From Candidatus Woesearchaeota archaeon (lineage in GTDB: Archaea; Nanobdellota; Nanobdellia; Woesearchaeales; DSVV01), in NCBI GenBank assembly GCA_018657385.1, contig JABHXF010000009.1, positions 2,554 to 66,553 of the forward strand: 64,000 nucleotides of DNA, given 5' to 3'. This document shows positions 44,101 through 51,012 of this stretch, piece after piece (the first letter of the stretch is position 1; every line of letters starts with the position of its first letter). Position numbers and translations under genes: made by a program. The notes beneath the pieces are model-generated. The model did not search any database, was not told the DNA's origin, and was given only the letters and a program-made list of their open reading frames with translations.

Positions 44101-44596
44101 TAACATATCCATTTTTTGTTATCTTAACTTGGCCACCACCTAATGAAAATGATTGTGTAACAATCTCTGAGTCTAAGCCAATAACAACATTATCAGATCT
44201 TAAAAAATAATTATTACTTGTTTTACTACCAACTGTGATAGGTTTTATAGAAATTACTTTGTTAGCCTTGTCAATAATATAAGTCTTCTTTTTCTGAGTT
44301 GCTGTTGTATCAATAATAGTAACTCTCCTATCTGATGTTTTTGGTTGATATAATACTAATGGTTTTCCTGTTCCTAAAACATAAAGTTTCCCATCATTTC
44401 CTAATGTTGCGGGGATAATCTTTTTACCTTCTAAAATATTTACTTCTTTACCTTCTATTGATTTTTTTGCAAAGCCAACAACATCATCTGATTTATTAGA
44501 TTGTTGATACTCTTGGCTGTTAAACATTAAGAAAGCAGAAGCTATGATAACTAATGTAATCATAAACATTGCTAATCTGAACTTTCTCTTTGGCAT
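38198..44596 (-). CDS. Giant exported protein (2132 aa): internal repeats, E/K/A-rich helical linker, conserved Cys-rich C-terminal domain
   Basis: MPKRKFR plus hydrophobic segment; two pairs of long internal repeats; KAEEEKKKAEEE tract; C-terminus shared with 35572..37899. Confidence 0.85.
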   Translation of the reverse strand: MPKRKFRLAMFMITLVIIASAFLMFNSQEYQQSNKSDDVVGFAKKSIEGKEVNILEGKKIIPATLGNDGKLYVLGTGKPLVLYQPKTSDRRVTIIDTTATQKKKTYIIDKANKVISIKPITVGSKTSNNYFLRSDNVVIGLDSEIVTQSFSLGGGQVKITKNGYVNNVLVPTGLNGVYTVRDSQLGLVKDSNGQILTVNSNNEQVWVDTNKGNKVLTSDDIEEQKYSEAQQKAMRIALEKQNSIIPPEPVGIPYIFHPSSAIDDARQEQTVIEGVDGHLYYLSTNLEWKKISNPGKKTFKLQKVTPQGIEEHTLLFDNDDVTHDVTPLSIGGKSTKKYFKTTAGEVYDLSGNQVKGQTLTLNNGQIVLDSLGFIETYRVKTKKNGAYLEVDGMFGYKRDNEGKLMMVNNNGEQVVITSTGMVIKKVNYDQVMELANEPDILPDDLVYIEEAPQQQVIDLKLKKPKPISDGTPDSLKSAGVKLTQKWEPTEDVKKPTPTSYSTATGKQVYSCGSNNFCLKMGKEYFKLPSSSTVPVKSFDASGKVRYALLSGKLDEKDNSAAGKFRNAQKEMVDTTNDGILLGVDNGYGLFSVESTEFLTPSGRVYVKKSIDKKTKQVTTEFIVVDNQGNYQVVDNGRFTGEDSILVISGGGKGEFFSPVGTKIGGGSYDGQRIFKSLSGDMQILQEDGNIVPFQTGTLAYIDALGKERRDVYQNGVITEQYAEENIGDFAKTAALQAAPDVSIVSQVVVETKAPIKLFEATGGTASVTGTVLTIKVEDETLFYDIVETNKGNVYCYDKQYCYDQNGDRASMVTGELTTGDPSEVIGKLITLTEAPTKTVPGLSQQVAEEAATGVADTIKVGYVSEADTGMNPVIDGLKGLDKGPGQFEFGDAKEIQSALIFLDVKSDQDGTLSLKEYQQRIIDRDLGNKHYCEEKKCYKTKDKNKEVSCYGNIADSKCVPSGIADPQTQNAMVADLRVMRDELRLKQFMAQGTEPITPQLFSKFKKETNNGIVEYYLNPTSDQDKKLKIPKGAYNELMQMTKIDTSKNILDQTIMEEEDVALLYEAIATRYDDKTLNGAAMKMKCGSFACAVDGNVFTVDIVNGEKVVRIYEDFRSKHSEDTLIGPRVGDDDSDRLEFFEENYQRGMSDENTGLENLRYNGVLTYKFKTGTALDEYEIKMNNGLIASYSPLTGKRNIKDTDGRNFEFVGDGTQGRWKGKVEIDGEDKEVVVDNFGVIKSVGSLDCTQFPDKCESAKEQIGAVLDLIQRDVKAYLDKDSLKLGHSNYKLRLGSSSKGLGSEVSGKYIRTHVDDDGITHYKYTDIGGNEVEIPQRVYETAFKDSKLSEKEIALLYGRISQDMQGRSFEDDGFVCKGKRCYVAIAGWDTDEHVYEFSENNEGETELTILSEGDGEVNPNNWGGFTGSQKNIESFDNARTLTFDEDGNVRKVKVGVGKGDERVEMVYYPNSPQLGDIIYGGSTYQKFSSNPKSGESLYFGNTKIDNQYVVINNKGKVVGIVDSFQAGVNKDQVTYTECDPKLCKGLDDHFDDLVDTIEEDDMNLAFLTKLAQEDVQNFNERNDVLEGAKELVEEQKKKQELKQKSGTMPGGVSPTPIIPVTPWTASFTSGQIITTSKGTYEVVDAGEHTKAFKNKKTGETIYYDAKGDPVGYTEKDKTKLIKYKDGELGPQAKALKEEVIDEKVKEENEAKAKAEKEAAAKAKEVEAKAEEEKKEGKEKTEEEKAKEAAEKKKAEEEKKKAEEEKKKKAEEEAKKKAEAEAAAKAKKEYKPPENIAGLDSNGDLAVCDAKVEECDPTKASFMFKHDSVFQGTEGFVYVKEEKGKKVPCSAAEASNPNSGCSAVKCDKLTGCKHDYDGDTFCTTYQGEKACATNPVDSIEKMIEDCDKNSYKGPNCPGAQKRMDKVYDTLNFEFRSRVESVFGTLLDDWTGNFFNKMEYWLYDSVCTMDYYNTGSSETDVISGLTITQEHNFGFNLGYLDEGEIIATIGGEREIVDEGIYRYSFSLQTIGALHGIVYLYNKCDSEKSFESKATGQIGWNDEFVVNNPKGVHRTHYAGDETTFICDEIDTECRFDYVCLKIMDVDTWTDSQKEKYTAPICTQLGGDEFVITDEGDYGC

Positions 44597-44693
44597 TCAA
44601 CTCACTCTATATAATAAAGCTTGTAAGGCTAGTAGGGCTTGTAAGGCAAATTTGCCTCAATCCTTTCAAGCTCCAAACCATCCTAACTTCTTA

Positions 44694-47600
44694 TTAATCA
44701 TACTCTGGAATAGTCCCATACTCTTTTGCTTGATCACTAAATTCTTTATCTACTTCATCATCATCATCACTACTACCGCCCCAATCAAAGGCATCATCCA
44801 TCTCTTCATATAGCTGTTTAACATTTGTAATTAAGTCTAATATACTTAAAACACCAACAATGAAGTTTCTTACCCTTACTCCACCACAACTTAATCTTTG
44901 TGCCTTAGTTACTCCTGTACAACCAATTTCAAATGCTCTTGTCACTAATGATGAAACAAGTTTAGTAGCATATTGTTTTAATAAATCAGGTAAAATATGC
45001 ATGAATTGACCAAATGTTAACATACAAAATATTCTCCAACCCATATTAGGACAATCTTCAATATCTTCCCCTAATAAATAAGCTTTATTGTAACAAGTAT
45101 TTTGCGCAACTAATATTCTCTTAACCATTTCTAATGTTCTAATAATCGTAGGAACACAAGGTGGCCAACATATCAAAGCTACCCAAAAGTTTTTATGAGG
45201 ATCAAATGGGAACCTTATTTGCGAACTTCCAGTCCAATATTCAGCAGGATCAATTGGATTTCCTGAAACTTCATTAAGTGTTGCAGGATCAATACCTTTT
45301 TTACCAAACAGTGAATATGTTAATTGATCTGGTGTCCATTCATCAATATTCCATTTTCCACCAGTAATTTTACTATTCCAAACACTACTACATTCTGAAC
45401 ATAATGTTAGATCACAAATAAAACCTAAACTTAAAGCATTTTTACTGTTCCATTGGTTTTTCATATTACCTACTTCACCAACATCAGCTGGATCACCATC
45501 TTTACCATACCAAATCTTAGTCAACAAATCAACTCCTAACTTACACTCATGAGCTGCTGCTGTAGCAGGTGAAAATGCTGCTGTAAAACCTTCATAGATC
45601 ATACAAATATTATTCCATATTTGCATTACAAGATTAATCATCTTACAATATGGTGCAATATATTCAACATATTTTAAGACATCAATAATAGTATTTAATG
45701 TATCAATGGTATCTTTATATTCTAAAACCTTATCTAATGTACTATCAGCTGGATTGCTAAATATTTCTTTTCCCAATGGAACTTCTAAAGAAAATACAAG
45801 AACTTCATTAGGTGAATAAGCTTTTTTACCAGCATAAGAACTTTGAATAATTTCAGCTTTACATGCAATTGTTAATGGCTCAGGTGTTTCATCATAATCT
45901 TTTTCAGTAGCTGCTTTTAATTCTGCTTCTGTTGCCTCAAACTGGGGTATTGCAAGCATTACTTCTTTTTGTTCTCTACTTTGTAATAAACTATCAGTCA
46001 TATAAGTTTGAGAAATAATTGCTGCTGGCTTAATATCTTCAGCAGTAAAAGCTTCTCCCCTTGCAACTGTACATTCACCAATATTAATATCATGAACAAA
46101 TGACCCTGAAATTTTCCTATATTCTGATAAGTCAAGTTCCATCCTAAAAAAGGTTTGAGTTGACATGTGCAAAAAGTTTCTATTTAATTCATAGCCATAA
46201 TCATAAATGTCTGTAATATCTAATTCAAATTCATCTTCGAAAAAATCAACATTACCCTCAACAAGGTCATAAATTTTAAATTTGTCAGTATTATCCTCAT
46301 TAGTGTTGCCTGCTGCATCTGTTGCTTGTAAATTAAAAAAGTATGTGCCTGCAATTGGCACTGTAGGAAGCTCCCATGTACATAAATAAAGATATTCTCT
46401 GTAAGGGAAATTTCTATATTTATCATCTATGCCTTCTACTAATGCTGGTTCAACTAAATCACAACTTGTAGCAGGAGTTGGAGTTGGCCAATGCTCTTCA
46501 ATATTTAATTGTGCAAAAACCTTTGAAGGATCTAAAATACTACCATACTCCATAACATATGCATTAATTACTATTATTTCTTCAGGTGAAGTTGTAATTA
46601 TTTGCCCAGCTTTTGTTGAGCCACCACCATAGGCTTGTCCTGCTGTATCAGCTTCTGCTGCTGAATCTTCTGGAGTAAAACCAGGAGCTGGTTCTTGTAT
46701 TGGTGCCTCATCACTTGGAGTAAAACCAACTGCTTGCCCACCTAATGCACCTGCAGAAGTAACATCCATTAAAATAATTTCAGGAGCAAGGTTATCAAAT
46801 ATTAAATCTTGCTCTAATGATTCTGAATATTCTGTAGAAACTTTGTTTCCTGCAATATCAGCTGTATCAAAATGAACTCTTGCTTTTTGCTTAACATAAT
46901 ATAGTCCTGTTAATGGATCTCCTTTTGGATTTTCTTGAGCAAGCTTACTAGGATTAATATTTTTCCAAACACATGAAAATAATCCAGAATCACCAGAACT
47001 ACAATTATATGCTTTTTTCTTTGCTTCTCCTGTAACATCTTTTAAGTCAAGGAAAACATCATTTGCATCTAACCCAGAGCCAATCTCAATAAAATCAACA
47101 TAAATAACATTTTTATTTGTGTCGTTAAGATAAAGAATAGTTTTATCAGTATAAATTGCTCCAACTTCAGGTGGTTTATCATCAATATTAACTGAAAGTG
47201 TAAAATCACCTTCTGCTTTGTTTTCATCTATATCTGAAACAGAAACTTTTGCAGATAAACCTTCAGGATTATTTAACTTAATTCCATTCCAAACAAATTC
47301 ATAAATAGTTATAGTATTATCTTCACCTTCACCAACATCACCTAAATCAAGTTCATAAGTTTTAAAGGAAGAAGGTTTTTTGTTTTCATAACTTGTTTCT
47401 GAAGGGTTTAAGCCTAAGAAATCTGCTGTAACATCACTTGTACTAAGAAGATTATCATCTGAAATATTTAAATAAAGATCTACTTGAGGTATTTCATCCT
47501 TTATTATATAATTTAGTGGCAGTCCATTTTTCTTTGCAGTTAAATCACCCATAAAAATTGGAGCAGTTAAATCTAAATTAATTGGTTTACATTTTTCATC

Positions 47601-48458
47601 TTCATTTCCTACTTTATCTTTTCCAGAAATACAAAATTCAGTAATACCACCTGTAATACCTAATGATTCATAAGTAAACTCTATATCATCTTCTGTATAT
47701 TCACATTCATCAAAAGTAGTAATTGTATGGAATGGATCTAATGCTTCTCCTTCTTCTTTAAGAAATAAATTTAATTCTCCTAATCCTGCACACTTATTTT
47801 TACAACCTGAAGTACATGCAAAATCCTCTCCATAAACATCAATAAAAATTTTACCTTCTTCTGCACTTTTTGAGGGATATATATTTACTTTTGGTGATAA
47901 ACCATCAACATACATTTCTCCATTAGCACTATCAATTATTGCTAAATATTGATCAGTTAAAGTAACATCATACCCAAGTTTTCCTGCGTAATTATTATAT
48001 GCAGGGTGTTCAATTATACATGTATAAGTACTTGTGCCTTCACCATCTGATGTACACTCAGGGAATAATGTTGGACCTTCATTAAATCTAATTCTTACTT
48101 GATTGTTTTCAAGTTCTTCTAAAGTATAAATTATAGACATTGTGAGTTTAACAAAATCATCATCATTTGTTGAGGTATAATCTTCAATGTCATCTGCACC
48201 AGAAGCAAAAACAGATGATATTTGTCCTTCAATATCTTCATCAATTACATCTCCAATATCGCCGTTATCGGCGTAAGCAGAGCTAACATAGAAGGGTAAT
48301 AAGATGATCAAACATATCATAAATGATGCTAAAAATCTCTTTGTTGACTTACTTTGGATATCACTTCCTAAACTATTTTCTAAGTTATTTCCAAGGCCAG
48401 TTCCATTCTTGTTTGTTACTGTATTATTTGATTGGTTTTTTTCTTGCATTTTGATCAC
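44694..48458 (-). CDS. Large exported Ig-like plus Cys-rich hydrophobic-domain protein (cluster B); paralog of 12150..16190
   Basis: LIILLPFYVSSAYAD, DKVGN, TDAAGN, FICDLTLCS, FDPHK..CWPPC, NTCYNKA..G.DIEDC are collinear with the paralog. Confidence 0.8.
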   Translation of the reverse strand: MIKMQEKNQSNNTVTNKNGTGLGNNLENSLGSDIQSKSTKRFLASFMICLIILLPFYVSSAYADNGDIGDVIDEDIEGQISSVFASGADDIEDYTSTNDDDFVKLTMSIIYTLEELENNQVRIRFNEGPTLFPECTSDGEGTSTYTCIIEHPAYNNYAGKLGYDVTLTDQYLAIIDSANGEMYVDGLSPKVNIYPSKSAEEGKIFIDVYGEDFACTSGCKNKCAGLGELNLFLKEEGEALDPFHTITTFDECEYTEDDIEFTYESLGITGGITEFCISGKDKVGNEDEKCKPINLDLTAPIFMGDLTAKKNGLPLNYIIKDEIPQVDLYLNISDDNLLSTSDVTADFLGLNPSETSYENKKPSSFKTYELDLGDVGEGEDNTITIYEFVWNGIKLNNPEGLSAKVSVSDIDENKAEGDFTLSVNIDDKPPEVGAIYTDKTILYLNDTNKNVIYVDFIEIGSGLDANDVFLDLKDVTGEAKKKAYNCSSGDSGLFSCVWKNINPSKLAQENPKGDPLTGLYYVKQKARVHFDTADIAGNKVSTEYSESLEQDLIFDNLAPEIILMDVTSAGALGGQAVGFTPSDEAPIQEPAPGFTPEDSAAEADTAGQAYGGGSTKAGQIITTSPEEIIVINAYVMEYGSILDPSKVFAQLNIEEHWPTPTPATSCDLVEPALVEGIDDKYRNFPYREYLYLCTWELPTVPIAGTYFFNLQATDAAGNTNEDNTDKFKIYDLVEGNVDFFEDEFELDITDIYDYGYELNRNFLHMSTQTFFRMELDLSEYRKISGSFVHDINIGECTVARGEAFTAEDIKPAAIISQTYMTDSLLQSREQKEVMLAIPQFEATEAELKAATEKDYDETPEPLTIACKAEIIQSSYAGKKAYSPNEVLVFSLEVPLGKEIFSNPADSTLDKVLEYKDTIDTLNTIIDVLKYVEYIAPYCKMINLVMQIWNNICMIYEGFTAAFSPATAAAHECKLGVDLLTKIWYGKDGDPADVGEVGNMKNQWNSKNALSLGFICDLTLCSECSSVWNSKITGGKWNIDEWTPDQLTYSLFGKKGIDPATLNEVSGNPIDPAEYWTGSSQIRFPFDPHKNFWVALICWPPCVPTIIRTLEMVKRILVAQNTCYNKAYLLGEDIEDCPNMGWRIFCMLTFGQFMHILPDLLKQYATKLVSSLVTRAFEIGCTGVTKAQRLSCGGVRVRNFIVGVLSILDLITNVKQLYEEMDDAFDWGGSSDDDDEVDKEFSDQAKEYGTIPEYD

Positions 48459-48462
48459 AATC

Positions 48463-50733
48463 TCATTCCTTTGTTACAATTGGTTTTATTTCATTATAAT
48501 TAAGCCCTGAACATGCATCTCTATGCCCTAGAGCTCCGAAATATTGTTTAATTTTTTGAGGTTTTCCCTCGTCAAACACATAAAAAGTAATGGTATTTCC
48601 TTCTGCTAAATCATCTTCATTTAACGATGTGATATAAATTGCACCACCATTCATTATAGATTCAACTTCTATTTCTTCATCAGGATAATAAATATCTTTG
48701 TCATCTGTAAATAAAGTTCCTTCAATATGAATTTTTTCAGATTCAGCTTTAATATCCATTTCCCCACCATATTTTTCATTTCTTACAAGCAAAATATCAA
48801 CTTGGTATGTTCCTGGACCAACATTGATTTCAGAAACATTTTTTGGATTGTAAAAAGTAAAGGTATAAGGGTTTGAAGGAGATAATGTTGGATCAACTTT
48901 TCTCATTGTAATAATTGCTTCTTCATTTGCATCTAATTGTCCAGGTGGTGTGTATAAATTACATTCTGTAACACTACCTGCATCATCTAAAACAATACCT
49001 TGTTTTGGATTTAATCCTGCTAATTTTGCCTGAGTAATTTCATCTTTTTCAAGAGAAGGAATTACATAATATTTTTTAACATCAACTTTTAATTTTGTTA
49101 ATGGTGTCATTTCTAATAATGTTGTAAACAATTTGCCAGGAACAACATCACCAATTAAAATTGCTTCATCACTATATCCTATTTTTTCTGTTGTAACAAT
49201 ACTACCACCAATACATGGAGGGAATTTTGAAACTAGCTTTCCAGAAGCATCTGTTTTCCCTATAAAACATTTTGAACTAAAAGGAGTACTATTAATTAAT
49301 GTGCCATTTTCATCATATTCTTCAACAAAAGCTGGCCCACATTGGAAATTAACCATTGCATCTGCAATTGGTTCAGAAGTTACTTGATTAATTACATTAA
49401 CAACACTTTCTTCGCTTGTTCTTTGATCAATATCACACAAATAAGATTCTCTTTCTGCCCCCTCTAGTGAAAATACATCACCTAAAGAAACTCTAGGGAA
49501 ATTTGATTTTGTAACAGCCATTAAAGGAAATTGAAATACATAAGGTTGGTTGTTAATATTTGATCCTGAATCAATTAAAGTTGTTAGAACTGGAAATTTA
49601 TATGAATAAGCATATTTGTAAACAAACACACATTTTCTTCCAAATAAATAATTAAAATCAACTTGTGTAGTTGGTTTAATCATTCCCCTTTGTCCTAAAT
49701 CTAATTCTAATGGAAATCCTGGTCGATATTCAAATAAAACATTTATATCAGGTTGAGAAACTCCTTCAATTTGATGACTCATCATATCAAAAATACCTTG
49801 CATTGTATCTCTTTTTTCTTGATCTTTCTGATCATCTTTTGAGACAACTAATCTTTCAAAATCACTATCTCTAATTTTTAAATAAGGCATATTTAAATTT
49901 AGAATTTGTTTAAATGATGATATAACATCATCTTCCATCCAATAAACTAATTCACTACAATCTTCTACTTGCATACCCCCAAATAATGGTGGTAGGTAAT
50001 CAGAATTAACTCTACTAAACATTGTAATAAGATTCATTGTATTTTGTTCAATAAATGCTGTTTTTTGTTCGTAACTTGCAATATCTTTTGCATAATTGTA
50101 TATCTTTTTGAAATCAACATTAATGTTAGCTCCAAAACTGTCTAAAGTTCTGGATTCATCTACTCCTTTAATTTCTAAAGGATAATAGATTGTAATAACT
50201 ACATCCTCGTCTGTAAAAATAACTGTGGGATCCATTTCACCTTTAACACTTACAACAGTTCCTTTCTCTGCAAAAGAATTATAATCATTTAAACAAAGAA
50301 TTAATTCCTGTTTAATGTATCTTTCTAATTGATCTTGTATAGAATCATCCCCAATAGATGTTTTTTCTAGTCTTGGCATTTCAGTTCTGTCTAAACCTGC
50401 CTGTTTTTGATAAAACCAATATGGAGCTGCTTGATAATCACTTATTTTTAAAATAGGAGAATTAAATGGTGCAATATCTGCGGTTTCAACTGGATAATCA
50501 TCAAGATAAATATAACCACCTTGTTGACCTAGTCTAATTAAACCTTGTTCAGCTACTTCACCCAAACATTGTTGAGTATATGCAATTATAGGATCTGATG
50601 AACCTGTTTGAAAAACATCATCTTTTGTCACCACACCTGTGATGTAAACAACACCTACAATCGCTAGAATTAGAATAAGTCCAATAATAATAAACGTTGT
50701 AGTTTGACCTAATTTATCCTCTTTTTTAAACAT
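48463..50733 (-). CDS. Large class III signal (pilin-like) protein; paralog of 17840..20227
   Basis: KLG/QTTTFIIIGLILIL, PIIAYTQQC..LGQQGGYI, PYW, YLPPLF, FPVL..D, CGP, FPPC. Confidence 0.8.
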   Translation of the reverse strand: MFKKEDKLGQTTTFIIIGLILILAIVGVVYITGVVTKDDVFQTGSSDPIIAYTQQCLGEVAEQGLIRLGQQGGYIYLDDYPVETADIAPFNSPILKISDYQAAPYWFYQKQAGLDRTEMPRLEKTSIGDDSIQDQLERYIKQELILCLNDYNSFAEKGTVVSVKGEMDPTVIFTDEDVVITIYYPLEIKGVDESRTLDSFGANINVDFKKIYNYAKDIASYEQKTAFIEQNTMNLITMFSRVNSDYLPPLFGGMQVEDCSELVYWMEDDVISSFKQILNLNMPYLKIRDSDFERLVVSKDDQKDQEKRDTMQGIFDMMSHQIEGVSQPDINVLFEYRPGFPLELDLGQRGMIKPTTQVDFNYLFGRKCVFVYKYAYSYKFPVLTTLIDSGSNINNQPYVFQFPLMAVTKSNFPRVSLGDVFSLEGAERESYLCDIDQRTSEESVVNVINQVTSEPIADAMVNFQCGPAFVEEYDENGTLINSTPFSSKCFIGKTDASGKLVSKFPPCIGGSIVTTEKIGYSDEAILIGDVVPGKLFTTLLEMTPLTKLKVDVKKYYVIPSLEKDEITQAKLAGLNPKQGIVLDDAGSVTECNLYTPPGQLDANEEAIITMRKVDPTLSPSNPYTFTFYNPKNVSEINVGPGTYQVDILLVRNEKYGGEMDIKAESEKIHIEGTLFTDDKDIYYPDEEIEVESIMNGGAIYITSLNEDDLAEGNTITFYVFDEGKPQKIKQYFGALGHRDACSGLNYNEIKPIVTKE

Positions 50734-51012
50734 CCTAACACCTTTTTTTTATTTGAAATTATAATAATAAATAATACACTACACCCATCACTATATTTAT
50801 TTATATTATATTCTTTAAGTATTAGTATATAAACCTTTTGGTGTGTAAATTTAATGATATAGTAGGTAAATCACCATGTTTTTTAATAAAAATGGCGAAA
50901 TACCTCATGAAAATAGCCTATCGGCAAGCTAAAAAAAGGACAATATATCATCAAAAAGTAGTGAATTTGGGCAAAAGCTTTATATATTGTTTTGATATTC
51001 TTTATATATATA

